NCBI RefSeq assembly: GCF_964194155.1
Contig: NW_027596259.1
Span: 248,001-312,000, forward strand
Reading direction: 5' to 3'
DNA from: Cetorhinus maximus
Lineage: Eukaryota
Length of the DNA: 64,000 nt
Shown: positions 23,335-38,968 of the stretch, one piece after another
How the letters are laid out: every line of letters begins with the position of its first letter
Numbering within the stretch: the first letter of the stretch is position 1
Notes under the pieces: model-generated
Databases searched by the model: none
The model's input: the letters and a program-made list of their open reading frames with translations, nothing else
What the model was told of the DNA's origin: nothing
Position numbers and translations under genes: made by a program

Positions 23335-23930
23335 ATTTTGAAAATGGGAAAAGAAAGCACCATTCACAGTGTTCTGCATGCGGATGAGGTTTCAGCCGAT
23401 CATCTGGCCTGCTCAAAACATAAATGCAGGCACAACTGAAAGCAGTTGTGCAAATGTTGACACTGGGAAGGGATTCATTTACCCATCGAAATTGGAAACT
23501 CATCGGAGCGTTCACACTGGGGAGAGGCCATTAACTGCTTAAAGTGTCAGAAGGGATTCACTCCGTTATCCCACCTGCAGACACACCAACGAGTTCAAAC
23601 TGGGGAGAGGCCATTCATCTGCGCTGTGTGGAAAAAGATTCATTAATTTATCCAACCTGATTGCACATCAAAGAGAGCTTTTAAATTTCAAGACTGTGGG
23701 AAGTGCTTTACAAGTTCTCAGGAACTGATCCACCAGCAATGTATTCATACTGATGAGAGACCGTTCAGATGCCTTCTTTATGGGACTGGATTCAGGCAAT
23801 CATCCCACCTCTCTCTACACAAGCGCTCTCACACTGGGGAGAAGCTGTACACCTGCACCGAGTGTGGGAAGGTACGCATTCAGTCATCCCACCTGCTGAA
23901 ACACCAACAACTTCACAACGAACTACAGTG
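23335..23930 (+). pseudogene. C2H2 zinc-finger pseudogene (B')
   Basis: multiple cacactggggagaggccatt linkers and CxxC codons with frameshifts and stops; same 3'UTR as the other ZNF genes. Confidence 0.85.
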
Positions 23931-24689
23931 ATTGGATTTTGCTGTTAATAATGTACAAGAATGAACTATACCCATTGGGGTCTGTTTCAGCTGATGTTAA
24001 TAAACACCAGCCCAGTTATAAGGTTAATATTCTGGATAAAGATCAAATAAATCAACATTCTGTCAAACACAGAGGATGTTGAATTTTTAAAAACATCTCT
24101 AACACAAGTTAGTCCTTGTTTCGGACTCTCCCTCTCCCCTGTCTCCTGCATCCACACCTCCAACAAGTGTGAGGAGCTCATGGAGCTTCTTTGTCAATCA
24201 GATTGAGACAATCCGATCAGCTGCCTCTGCTGCTTCTCTCCCTCCCACGAGTACATCCTTGACCCCGACATCCTTGCAATTCTCATCCAATCTCCGACCA
24301 CTCTTCTGTCTCCAAAATCATGCTTAACTCCCAAATCCATGCGCAATGGTCCTGGAACTTAGGGGTAAAATGACATTGTGAAAGGATTGTTCACCGGCTG
24401 AATTGTGACGTTCTTACTGACAAGACGGCGCTTAAATGTTCTGTGTATGGGAAGAAAAATTAATTGTTCACACCGCCTACTGAGACTCCAGTGAGTTCAC
24501 ATCTAAATGTAGGAGGTTTTAAAGCAGTTATTTACACCCGGGACAGTATTATGGCAGAGGACCCATGCAATTTGTTTGTCATACCAATTGACTGAATAAT
24601 TTTATATATTGGTCTTGGGCTTCGTTCGTCATCGGATCACAAAACATCATTTTCTATTCAAAAAAACGACCTCTCAATGGCAGCCTGAT

Positions 24690-25095
24690 TACCCAGCCTT
24701 CAACACGGGCCAGAATGTGCCCTATCCTCACAACAGGAGCTCCATACACATGCGTATTACGGTGTGTGCTTGGAGCATGCGCAGTGTGGCTCGTTTCATG
24801 AGCTTGCGCAGTGCTGGTCTGTGACTAAAGCTGCTCAGAGCAGGTGAGAGAATGTCGAGTGGAGCAAACTAACAGAGTTAGTGGGTGTGTGAGGGGGAAT
24901 GGAGCTAGCGGAGTGGGCAGGGAGGCTTCATAAAGACACAATGCAGGCTGCAGACCCCAAATAACAAGGTACCGGTCTTGTGTTTGCAGAGAACGGGCCA
25001 AAAAAGTCTGGATTTCTCCCTTCGCCAGGCCCGGGTAACGGCCGCCATCTTTATAGGGGGCAATGTGCAGCAGGGCGCATGCGCGATCATCCTGG
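24690..25095 (+). promoter_or_regulatory. CpG-rich promoter/exon 1 of ZNF cassette C
   Basis: NRF1-type GCATGCGC motifs, GG|GTAACG donor at ~25035, GCCGCCATCTT YY1-type motif, GCGCATGCGC. Confidence 0.65.
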
Positions 25096-27171
25096 TCTAG
25101 GTATCAGGAGGAGATGTTGTGAATTTCTATCCTGGACTGACAGGGATGGATTTTGGAAACTCCTTTTACAGGGGGTTAGAAGGAGAGGATTTACAGACGG
25201 TTGAGATCTGACAGAGTCGCTCAATTGATCAGGACCTGGATCCTCCTTTTTTAATGCTCTGTACAAACCGATTCCCAAACTTGCCACACTCAGTCCAGGA
25301 TAGAAATTCAGGACCTGGATTCTATCGGCCTCTGAGTGTAAGCATTGAGTTTCAGGTCATGAAACTGTGCAAACATTTCTTTCTCACATCCCTCCTGTAC
25401 ATCTTACCCAAAATCTTAAATCTGTGACCCATAATCCTTTCACGATCTGCTACTGTGAACAACTTTTCTTTAACTACTTTATGTAAACCGTTCATAATTT
25501 TGTGCACCTTTTGTTAAAACTTCCCTCAATCTACTTTGCTCCAAGGAGAAGAATCCCAGTTTCTCCAACCTAACCTTGCAACTAAAATCCCTCATCCCTC
25601 GACCCATTCTGATAAATCTCCTCTGCCCCCTCTCAAGGACCCTCCCATCCTTCATAATGTGTGGTGATCAGACACAGATGTTCCGTGTTCGTGTGTGTGA
25701 CATCATCACACATCGACAATTACACGGTGACATGACCCCGCTCCATGGGTATTTCCTCAACTGGGAGATTTTTCTCTGACTCCAGTGCTTCTGATATCTT
25801 TTCTAGCTACAAGCTCAAGCAGGAGATTTTAAAGTTGAAAACTGAAATTGTTTCAGAGTTGAGTATTTTTGACCATTCATCTATAATTTGGAGCTTTTAG
25901 TTCTCTGCTCTGTTATCTTTTAGAGGTTCCATCGCTCTGGGGCTAGTGTGGCTCCTTTAATGTGGATCTGAATCCATGTCCATCTTTTGCTCTGTTTCAC
26001 CACTGCCCGCCCTATCACCTATATGCCATTGTCTACCTTCCTCTGTCTCTAATACTGGGTGCATTTTAGCTGTGTGTGGCATTTAACTGTTACTTGTGTT
26101 GATTGTGTCCAAATAAGGTTTCCTCCACTGTCCATCCCCAGACCATGTGCTGCTGTCTTACCAGCTTTATCTTCCCACAGTATCTCTCACAGTCAGAAAT
26201 TGTTTTTCCTGTGCTATAATCCACTTCTGAGCTCATATTGACCATCAAATTCTGCACCATTTTTATTCCCTGTAATCCATTCTGCACACCCTGAAATGTT
26301 AACTCTGTTTCTTTCTCTCCACAGATCCTGCCTGATCTGCTGAGTATTTCTAGCATTTTCTCTTTTTATTTCAGATTTCCAGCAGCTGCAGCATTTTGCT
26401 ATTATTTTATTGCAGGTGTTGCTCACAGAACCGAGTCTAGAAACACAGACAGACCAATTAAGAGCCGGTTTGTATCAGGGTGGGTATCAGTTACAGAAGT
26501 TGGTCCCTGGCCTCCAGTGTAGGTCCTTTCTCATCAAGTCATAGAAGCATTGAATGATTACAATACAGACGGAGGCCATTTATCCCATTGTGCAGATGCT
26601 GGCGCTCTGCAAGAGCAAGTCAGCTAGTCCCACTCCCCTGCCCTTTCACTAACAAGACCAGCAAATATTGCCAATCCCCAGTTGCCTGTGGAGAAGATGA
26701 TGTTTGACCTTCTTGAACCGCTGCAGTCCGTGTGGTGAAGGTACTCCCACAATGCTGCTCGGTAAGGAGTTACAGGTTATTCACCTGGCGACAATGAAGG
26801 AACAGTGATATATGTCCAAATCAACAACAGCAATTTGTGTTTATATAGCACCTTTAATGTAATAAAACTTTCCAAGACATTTCAAAGAACAGTATGCGTT
26901 TATAAAAAGCATTAGAGATTAGGACTGTACAATCAAAGCTCTCTGCTGTTGACTGAGTTCTGAATTGGCTGATTGATGGACACTGTAACATGGTCAGTCT
27001 CAGTTTCGTCGCAGTGAGTCTGCAGTGGTGACTTGAGTCTGATGAGGACGAGAGATTAACCCTATGAAGACAGAGTAAAACAGAACAACTGCGCTTGCAC
27101 AACGGCAGCAAACACAGCCTTTAAAATAAGGATGAGAATTTTATAATTTAGGGTCTCCTTAACCTGGAGCC

Positions 27172-28400
27172 ATAAGACATAGGAACAGAAATTAGGCCAT
27201 TCGGCCCATCGAGTCTGCTCCGCCATTCAATCATGGCTGATAAGTTTTTCAACCCCATTCTCCCCATAACCTTTGATCCCCTTACCAGTCAAGGACCTAT
27301 CTATCTTTCTTAAATGCACTCAATGACCTGGCCTTCTGTGGCACTGAATTCCATAGATTCACCACTCTCTAGCTAAAGAAGGTTCTCCTCATCTCTATTC
27401 TAAAAGGTCTTCCCTTTACTCTGAGGCTGTGCCCTCGGGTCCTAGTCTCTCCTACTAATGGAAACATCTTCCCCACATCCACTCGATCCAGGCCTTTCAG
27501 CATTCTGTAAGTTTCAATCAGATCCCCCCTCATCCTTCTAAACTCCATCGAGTATAGACCCAGAGTCCTCAAACGTTCCTCATATGGTAAGCCTTTCAAT
27601 CCTGGGATCGTTCTCGTGAACCTCCTCTGGACCCTCTCCAGGGCCAGCACATCCTTCCTGAGATACCGGGCCCAAAATTGCTCATAATATTCTAAATGTG
27701 GTCTGACCAGAGCCTTATAAACCCTCAGCAGCACATCCCTGCTTTTAAATTCTAGTCCTCTCGAAATAAATGCCAACATTGCATTTGCCTTCCTAACTAC
27801 CGACTCAACCTGCAAGTTAACCTTAAGAGAATCCTGGACTAGGACCCCCAAGTTCCTTTGCACTCCAGATTTCTGAATTCTATCCCCATTGAGAAAATAG
27901 TCTATGCCTCTATTCTTCCTACCAAAGAGCATGACCTCACACTTCCGCACGTTGTATTCCATCTGCCACTTCTTTGCCCATTCTCCTAACCTGTCCAAAT
28001 CCTTCTGCAGCCTCCCTGCTTCCTCAATACTACCTGTCCCTCCACCCATCTTTGTGTCATCTGCAAAGTTAGCCAGGATGCCCTCAGTTCCTTCATCTAG
28101 ATCATTAATGTATAAAATGAAAAGTGGCTGTCCCAACACTGACCCCTGCGGAACTCCACTAGTCACCGGCCGCCATCCTGAGAAGGACCCCCTTATCCCC
28201 ACTCTCTGCTTCCTGCCAGACAGCCAATCTTCTATCCATGCTAGTACCTTGCCTCTAACACCATGGGCTCTTATCTTACTTAGCAGCCTCCCGTGCGGCA
28301 CCTTGTCAAAGGCCTTCTGGAAGTCCAAGTAGAGAACATCCATTGGCTCTCCTTTGTCTAACCTACTCATTACCTCCTCAAAGAATTCCAACAGATTTTT
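27172..28400 (-). mobile_element. 5'-truncated CR1 LINE (340-aa RT ORF 27369-28391)
   Basis: YLDFQKAFDKVPH, SGVPQGSVLG and FADD motifs; CR1 3' tail; GAGCC target-site duplication (27167-27171, 28403-28407) inside an L2 copy that is uninterrupted at ~58075. Confidence 0.92.
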
Positions 28401-28402
28401 CT

Positions 28403-28870
28403 GAGCCTGTGTAGGTCAGTGAACACAGGAGTGATGGGTGAACAAGACTTGGCGCGAGTAAGCACATGGGCAGCAGAGTTTTGGATGACCTCAAGATTAC
28501 AGGGAGGTTGAATGTGGAAGACCGGCCGGGAGTGTGTTAGGATAGTTAGTCTAGAGGGAACAAAGAAATGGACGAAGGTGTCAGCAGCAGATGAGCTAAT
28601 ACTGGGGTGGAGTCGGGCGATGTTACTGAGGTGGAAATAGGCGGTCTTGGTGATGATGTGGATATGTGGTTGGAAGTTCATTTTGGGGTGAAATATTTCA
28701 CTATGGTCGTGAACAGTCTGGTTCAGCCTCAGACAATTGTCAGCGAGAGGTGCAGAGTCAGTGTCTGGGGAGTGCAGTTTGTAGTGGGACTGAAGACAAT
28801 GGCTTCAATCTTCCCATTATTTAAATGGAGTAATTTTCTGCTCATCCAGTACTGGATGTCAGACAAGTCA
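28403..28870 (-). mobile_element. L2-type LINE fragment
   Basis: TKTAYFHLSNIARL...IQNSAAHVLTR; paralog at 57870-58520. Confidence 0.8.
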
Positions 28871-29353
28871 GAACGGTGTGTGACTTGGAGGGGAACTTGG
28901 AGGTGATGGTCTTCACATACACCTGCTACCCTGGTCCTTTTAGGGGTGGAGGTTGAGGGTTTGGGAGATTCTGTTAGGGTTCTCCTGCATCTCTCACTTC
29001 TCTCTCACTCTTTCTCCCTCCTCCCCTAGAAGCCCGAATCTTGTGTAGGCCCAGACCGGGTGACAGGTTCCCTTCCCTGAAGGACATTAGTGAACCAGTT
29101 GGGTTGTTATGACAATTCAGCAGTTTTCATGGTCACTTTTTCCTCGTGCCGGCCCCACAAATTCCCAGATTCATTCAGCTCAATTTCACAACCTGCCTTT
29201 GTGTTTTTGTGGGTTCTCTCTCACTCCCTTTTTTCTGTTTTAAATCAATTTCACAGGGTATTTGAAGGGGAGGATTTGCTGTCGGGAAACTCACACCAAG
29301 ACCTGAGAGAGTCACTTGATTCATCAGGACCTGAATATTATCGGCCTTTGAAC

Positions 29354-30224
29354 ATGGAAGCAGAAAGCGCTGTTCACGCTGGGGAGAAACCGTGTAAGTG
29401 CGGGGACTGTGGGAAGGGATTCAATTACCCATCTGACCTGGAAACTCATCGACACACTCACACTGGGGAGAAACCATTCACCTGCCCTGAGTGTGGGAAG
29501 GGATTTACTCAGTCATCCACTCTGCTGACACACCAGCGAGTTCACACCAGGGAGAGACCCATTCACCTGTTCCGAGTGTGGGAAGGGATTTATTAGTTCA
29601 ACCAACCTGCTGACACACCATAGAGTTGACACTGGGGAGAGACCGTTCACCTGCTCAAAATTTGGCAAGGGATTCACTCGATCATTCGACCTGCTGACAC
29701 ACCAGCGAGTTCACACCGGGGAGAGACCGTACACCTGCTCTGAGTGTAGGAAGGGATTCACTAGGTCATCCCACCTACTGAGACATCAGCTGGTTCACTC
29801 AGACCAGAGACAGTTTACATGCTCAGTCTGCGGGAAGTGCTATAAAAGTTACCAGGACCTGATCTTACATCAACGTGTTCACACTGATGAGACACCGTTC
29901 AGGTTCTCTCACTGCAGGACTGGGTTCAGGCAATCATCTGACCTCATTGTACATCAGCGCAGTCACACCGGGGAGAGGCCGTTCATCTGTTCGATGTGTG
30001 GGAAGGTATTCACTCAGTCATCCAACCTGCTGAGACACCAGCGAATTCACACTGGGGAAGGGGCTGCTCACTTGCCCTGACTGTAGGAAGGGATTCATTA
30101 ATTGAACCTACCCACTGAAACACCACCGAGTTGACACTGGGGAGAGACCAGTCAGCTGGTCTGTGTTTGGAAAGCGATTTACTCAGTCATTTGTGCTGCT
30201 GAGACACCAGCGAGTTGACAAGTA
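29354..30224 (+). pseudogene. C2H2 zinc-finger gene C, frameshifted after finger 2
   Basis: acceptor tttcacag at ~29256; [16 protein letters not shown] start; +1 frameshift at ~29558; ~8 further decayed fingers. Confidence 0.85.
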
Positions 30225-30419
30225 ACAACAAAATCCAATTACTGTAGTTAATCACATCCTGGACAGAACCATGTTCATTGGGGTCTCTTTCTACTGATGT
30301 TAATAAACTCCAGCCCTGTTGTAGAGGCTAATATTGCTGATACAAATCAATTAAATCAACTTGGTGTGAAATACAAGGTGTGTTGAATCTTTTTAATATC
30401 TCCAATACTCTGCTTCTCC

Positions 30420-31890
30420 CCTCTCACCTCCAGCAAGAAGTGTGAGGAGCTCATGGAGCTTCTTTGTCACTAAGATTGAGACAATCCGATCAGCTGCCTC
30501 TGCTGCTTCCCTCCCTTCCACTCTCCCACTGGGCCAAACTGTCTCTAAGGTTCACTCTTGGCTGAGCCCTGAACTCACATCTTTCTCCAGTTTTCCATCT
30601 CCCCTCATGTCCTCTCAGTGCTCATCTTGTCCATGAGGCCCTCCTTCTGCTCCCTTGGCCTTATTCTCACTAAACTGCTGATTATCCAATTTCCCCTTAT
30701 TAGCTGATAACATTAATGTTTCTCTCTCTTCTGGTACTGTCCCTCTGATCATCAACTCTATCGTCATCACCCATCCTAAAAATAAATTCTTGACCTGACC
30801 ATCTTTTCAAACTACCACCCCATCTTCAACCTACATTTCCTCTCCAAAGTCCTTGTACTTGGTGTCCCTCGAGGATCTTTCCTTGGCTCCTCCTATTTCT
30901 CATCTACATGCTGCCACTAGGTGACATCATCCAAAAGCACCGTGTAAGTTTTCACATGTACACTGACAACACCCAGCTCTACCTCCCTTCCTCCCCACTG
31001 TTACTAAATTATCAAACTGCTTTTCGTGTATCCAGTGCTGGATGAGCAGAAATTTCCTCCAATTAAAATTTGGGAAGATCAGAGCCATTGTCTTCGGTCA
31101 CCACTACAAATTCCGTTCCCTAACTACCGAGTCCATCCCTCTCCCTGGGAACTGTCTGAGGCTGAACCACACTGTTCACAATCTTGGTGTCATGTTTGAC
31201 CCCAAGATGAGTTTCTGACCACATATCTACACCATCACTAACACCGGATATTTCAATCTCCATAACGTCGCCTTTCTCCACCTCACCCCAGCTCATCTGC
31301 TGCTCAAACCCTCATCCATGTCCGTGTTACCTTTAGACTTGACAATTCCAATAAAGTCCTGGCCGGCCCCTCACATTCACCCAACCCCCACACGGAAATG
31401 TGAGATCATCCAAAACTCTGCTGTCCACGTGCTTTCTCATGCCAAGTTCCATTCACTCATCATCCTTGTGCTTATTGACCACAATTGGCTCCTGTTCAAG
31501 CAATGCCTCAATTTTAAAATTTGGAACATTGTTTACAAATCCCTCAATGGCATCATCCCTCCCAATCTCTGTAATCTCCAGTCGCACAACCCTCTGAGAT
31601 ATCTGTGCTATCTCATTCTGTACTCTTTAGCATCCCTGATTTTAATTACTCCACCATTGGTGGCCGTGCCTAGGTGCAAAGTTCCGGAATTTCCTCCCTA
31701 AACCTCTCCACCTCTCTCTCCTGATTAAAGAGACTTGTTAATATCTGCCTCTCCAATCAAGGTTCTGTCCATTGACCCGAATATCGACCCATGCCAGTCG
31801 ATGTCAAATGTTTCTTTATGAAAGTCCTGTGAAGCACTTTGGCATGTTTTGTTACATAAAAGGTATTACATAAATCCAAGTTGTTTCTGT
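30420..31890 (+). mobile_element. degenerate L2-type LINE
   Basis: GVPxGSxLG and YTDNTQLY-like segments, IQNSAVHVL, L2 3' tail. Confidence 0.75.
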
Positions 31891-31894
31891 TTCA

Positions 31895-32022
31895 CCACAG
31901 CCAGTTTGTGCACAGTAAGATTCCACAAACAGCAATCAGACTAACTGATTAATCCAGTTTTTTTTGGTGGTGTTAGTTAAAGCACGAATGTTGGTCCCAC
32001 TGCACCAGGAGATCTCCCCTGT
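31895..32022 (-). mobile_element. Deu-domain SINE fragment
   Basis: reverse complement ...attgctgtttgtggaatcttactgtgcacaaactggctg resembles the DeuSINE 3' region; 5' Deu pieces at ~39590 and ~62290. Confidence 0.5.
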
Positions 32023-32254
32023 GGACAGGATGATGAGTTGTTGAGCTCTCCTGAGCTGAGAGTGGAGCTGATTGAGCTGTCAGGCCTGCAGTGTTCCTTG
32101 AAGAACCGCTGTCTGGGATCTTGCCTCTTAATTCACTGACTCCCAGCTGTAGTTGTTTCTGCAGTAAAATAGTTAACTTTGAATATCAATCCCAACTTAA
32201 TCTTCGGAGCAAAATCTGCAACTTTAAATCAGCTGCAGAAGAGAAAGAAATTTC

Positions 32255-32945
32255 AATAGAGGAGGAGGAGGTCACGAAGGTGCGACAGTGGATGAGACTT
32301 TCTGGGTTTGAGCAGTTCAACTGGAATTCCATCCTTGCCGGGTGTCTTGCCACTTGCTAAGGAATCAATGGCCTTTTCGAGCTCAAGTGATGATGGTTCC
32401 TCGTCCAACTCAATCATGAAAGGAAGCTGCAGGATAGAGTCAAACGGAGACTGGGAGATGTCTGTCCGACAGGTGTACAGCTCACAGTCGTGTTCACCCC
32501 AGGGGGACATCGGTTTAATTCTGTCGGTGCGAACTTCAACATCTACTGATTTCAGGGGGACAACTTTGGTGATTGTCGGACCAAGCGCCCTCCTGATCCC
32601 ATCATACACAGTACGTAGATTTCCATTGTCACAGGCAGTTTGGATTTCATGATCTGGGCTGATCCAGTGTTTATTTACACAGTATCTTCCTGTGTTTTAA
32701 ACAACTGTGTCAACTAATTTCAATTTACACAGTGTTCTAGCTGTTGGGTTGTAATCGGGTAGGCTTTGCTTTTTGCTTCAATGACAGATTCATCTCTGCT
32801 GAGTGGGTCTCAAGCCAGTCTTTGTTGTGGGTTCCACCTTTCGCAAATGTTGTTGCTGCTGTGTCAGAAATGATTGAACTCAGCGCCTTCCAAGATTCAG
32901 CAATATCAACATTGATTGATGAAGCTTCCATTGATGAGCCTATAA
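32255..32945 (-). mobile_element. RTE-clade LINE fragment
   Basis: MYDGIRRALGP...LDEEPSSLELEKAIDSLASGKTPGKDGIPVELLK is typical of RTE ORF. Confidence 0.7.
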
Positions 32946-33009
32946 AACACTTGACTATTTTGTTTATGGTCCTTGATAATTAAATTTCACCAATATAAAA
33001 TGCAATATA

Positions 33010-33720
33010 ACAGTAGGAAAGTTTTACTGCAGCTGTACAGGGCCTTGGTGAGACCACATCTGGAATATTGTGTACAGCTGTGGTATCTTTATTAGAAACA
33101 TATATAATTGCATTGAAACAGTTCAGAGAAGGTTCACTCAACTCATCCCTGGGATGAGGGGCTTATCTTCTGAAGAAAATTTGACCTTCACCCATTGGAG
33201 TTTAGAAAAATGAGAGGTGATCATAATGAAACAGATAAGATCCTAAGGGGACAAAACAAAAAATGCTGCCAAATCTCAGCAGGTCTGACAGCATCTGTGG
33301 AGATAAAGACACAGTTAACGTTTCGACTCTGTATGACTCTTCTTCAAATCCTGAGGGGATTTGATAGGGTATGTAGCAGGAGGATGGTTCAGCTTGTGAG
33401 AGACAGAACGAGCGGACACAGTTTAACAATATGTGGTCTACCATTTAAGATGGAGTTGATAAGAAATGTTGTTCTCTCAAGGGGTCATTGTTATGTAGGA
33501 TTATTTTCTACAGAAAGCAGTGAGGGCTGGGTCATTGAATGTATTAAGAGCTGAGTTAGAGAGATTATTGATAAACAACAGAGTCAAGGGTTATGGGGGA
33601 CAGACAGGAAAGTGGAGTTGATACCACAACCAGATCAGCCATGATCTAATTGAATGCTGAAACAAACACGAAGGGCTGAATGGCCTCCCTCCTGCTCCTA
33701 AGTCTTTTGTTCCTATATGT
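33010..33720 (+). mobile_element. CR1 3' fragment with a nested Penelope-derived short element (~33252-33347)
   Basis: LYRALVRPHLEYCVQ...EFRKMRGD; insert flanked by atcct(a/g)agggga duplication. Confidence 0.75.
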
Positions 33721-34110
33721 CTCTATAATGGAGGTGTCACTATGAGTAATGTGCAAGACGGTAAGAATTGTCAGCAAGGATTAATCAGCACTTTCTAATT
33801 GGAGATGTTAATCAGTGGAACCTCTCAGACACTAAATTGTAGAGTTTGCACCAAAGATCAATTTAAGATTGAATTACAAGTCCATAATTTTATTGAAATT
33901 GAGTTCCTGTTGAGAATTCCTGAATTAAGGGGAGAGGTCACAGATGGTGCTTTCAAAAAAGGACAAAATGCAGTCCTGAAAATTAATGACATACCCAGAG
34001 TATTAAACTCCAACCAGTTATAGGGTTGCTAACATCAACACAAACAGACCAAATACAGTCAGACTATCAGTCCTGCATGTGATTAAGACCAGCAATAACA
34101 GCAGAATCTA

Positions 34111-36570
<2,460 letters not shown>

Positions 36571-36956
36571 TGGATGGAGAAAGATGTGAGTTCGGGCTCA
36601 GACAAGGGGGGAGTTAAGAGACAGTTTGTCTCAGTGGGCTAGTGGAAGGGAGGGAAGCAGCAGAGGCAGCTAATTGGATTGTTTCAATCTTAGTGACAAA
36701 GAAGTTCCATGAGCTTCTCACACTTGTTGTTGAGGGTGAAGGAGACAGGCGAGAGGGAGAGCCCTTCAAAAGGAACTAACTTGTGTTAGAGATATTAAAG
36801 AGGCTCAACACTGTCTGTTGAACACAAAACTTACTTATTTCATTTTTATTCATAATATTAACACCTATAATTGTGCTGGAGTTTATTAACATCAGCCGAA
36901 GCAGACCCCAATGAACATGGGGTTCAGTCCTGGATGTGAGTAAGAGCAAAATCCAA

Positions 36957-38081
36957 TTACTGTTGTTGCTTGTGAACTCGTTGGTGTGTCAGCAGATGAG
37001 ATGACTGAGTGAATCCCTTCCCACACTTGGAGCAGGTGAATGGTCTCTCCCCAGTGTGAGTACGCAGATGTACAGTGAGGTGAGATGAATGCCTGAACCC
37101 AGCCCCACACTGAGAGCACTTGAATGGTCTCTCGTCAGTGTGAACACGTCGATGGGATATCAATTCCCTGGGACTTTTAAAGCAATTTCCGCAGTCTGGG
37201 CATTTAAAAGGTCTCTCAGCAGTATGAACATGCTGGTGTCTCAGCAGGTTAAATGACTGGGTGAATCCTTTCCCACACTCGGAGCAGGAGAATGGTCTCT
37301 CCCCAGTGTGAGTTCGCTGGTGCACAGTGAGTTGAGATGACCACCTGAACCCAGTCCCACACAGAGAGCACCTGAACGGTCTCTCATCAGTGTGAACACG
37401 TTGATGAGATATCAGCTCTCCGGAACTCTTAAAACACATTTCGCAGTCTGGACATTGAAAAGGTCTCTCCCCAGTGTGAACTCGCTGGTGTTTCTGTAGG
37501 GTGGATGAATCAGTGAATGCATTCCCACACTCAGGGCAGGCGAACTCTCCAGTGTGAACTCGCTGGTGTTTCAACAAGATAGATGAGGTAGTGAATCCCT
37601 TTCCGCACTCAGGGCAGGTAAATGGCCTCTCCCCAGCATGAACTCGCTGGTGTTGCAGCAGGGTGGATGACCGAGTGAATCTCTTCCCACATTTGGAGCA
37701 GGTGAATGGTGTCTCCCCTGTGTGAACTTGCTGGTGTCTCAGCAGGTTGGATGATCGGGTGAATCCTTTCCCACACTTGGAGCAGGTGAACAGCCTCTCC
37801 CCAGTGTGAACTCGCTGGTGTGTCAGCAGGGTGGATAAGTGAATGAATCGCTTCCCACACTCAGAGCAGGTGAATTGCCTCTCCCCGGTGTGACTGCGCT
37901 GATGAATTTCCAGCTCCGAAGGGGTTCTGAATCCCTTCCCACAGTCCCCACATTTCCACGGTTTCCCCCTGTTGTGACTGTGCTTATGCCTCAACAGGCC
38001 AGATGATTGGCTGAAGCCTCGTCCACACACAGAACACATGTACGGTTTCTCCCCACTGTGAACACTGCTTTTTCCTTCCAT
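36957..38081 (-). CDS. C2H2 zinc-finger protein D, 13 fingers, 374 aa from ATG, no effector domain visible
   Basis: uninterrupted [19 protein letters not shown]...HQRVHKQQQ*; own CpG promoter ~300-700 bp upstream; AATAAA downstream. Confidence 0.92.
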   Translation of the reverse strand: MEGKSSVHSGEKPYMCSVCGRGFSQSSGLLRHKHSHNRGKPWKCGDCGKGFRTPSELEIHQRSHTGERQFTCSECGKRFIHLSTLLTHQRVHTGERLFTCSKCGKGFTRSSNLLRHQQVHTGETPFTCSKCGKRFTRSSTLLQHQRVHAGERPFTCPECGKGFTTSSILLKHQRVHTGEFACPECGNAFTDSSTLQKHQRVHTGERPFQCPDCEMCFKSSGELISHQRVHTDERPFRCSLCGTGFRWSSQLTVHQRTHTGERPFSCSECGKGFTQSFNLLRHQHVHTAERPFKCPDCGNCFKSPRELISHRRVHTDERPFKCSQCGAGFRHSSHLTVHLRTHTGERPFTCSKCGKGFTQSSHLLTHQRVHKQQQ

Positions 38082-38369
38082 GTTCAAAATCCATTGATGT
38101 TCAGGACATGATGAACTAAGTGACTCTGTCAGATTTGGTTGGTGTTTCCTGCCTCAAATTCCAGATCTTCAAAAATCCTGTAAAAAAAAAATCATCACTG
38201 TAGGTTCAGGATTAAATATTCAGAAGAAACAAACATTACTCCTGGTTTGAGTTTGCTGTGTGTAAATCCTCCCCTTCTAACCCCCTGGAAAAGGAGTTTC
38301 CAAAATCCATCCCTGTCAGTCCAGGATAGAAATGAACAACATTCTTTCCTCCTGCTACCTGGACCAGGA

Positions 38370-38760
38370 TAACCGCGCATGCGCCCTGCTGCACATTGAC
38401 CCCTATAAAGATGGCGGCCGATACCCCGGGTCTGAGACCTGAAGAGTCTCAGTTGTCGTTTTGGGGCAAACGCTGGACCGGAAGTTTCTAATTCGGGTCC
38501 GGAGGCCTGCACCGGGTGTTTATAAAGCTTCCGAGTCCACACTGACTCCATTTCTCTCCTGTACTCGGCTGTTACTCACCTTTTCCCGCCTCCTTCCTCC
38601 TTCAGCTCCCGCACTCCCCGGGCTTCAGGTATAACGACACTGCTCTTGCGAGCCCCGCCCCTCATTCACTCCGATTGGTTGGAGTACCAACCACTCCCGC
38701 TCGGTCCTCCAGTCCCGCCCCCTCTTCCTATTGGTCCAGAGCTGCCGTCAATCAGCCGGG
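38370..38760 (-). promoter_or_regulatory. promoter/exon 1 of ZNF D
   Basis: CCCCGCCC GC boxes, CCAAT boxes (ccgattgg, cctattgg), CCGGAAGT ETS site, YY1 and NRF1 motifs, AG|GTGAGT donor at ~38579. Confidence 0.7.
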
Positions 38761-38896
38761 CATTGTGACGGTTTCAGATGGTGAGGGCGGCCACAGACTC
38801 AGCCTGACTTGCTGATTCTTGGCAGCATTTTCTGTTTGGGAATTAGAGCTAGAGATGGATGGTCAGTTCCCCTCTGTCCGGGGGGGATTCACACTC

Positions 38897-38968
38897 ATTT
38901 CCCTAGTGCACTGATTATCACCTTTACTTTACATGAGAAAGTCCCCGGTTCAATCCCGGCTGGAAGCT
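38897..38968 (+). pseudogene. tRNA-Val-derived element with intact B-box, divergent from promoter D
   Basis: atttccctagtgcactgattatcac...ttacatgagaaagtccccggttcaatcccggctggaagc colinear with tRNA-Val(TAC). Confidence 0.7.

Noticed and set aside
27030-27060. CTGATGA as a possible hammerhead core
   Set aside because: No stem II followed by GAAA
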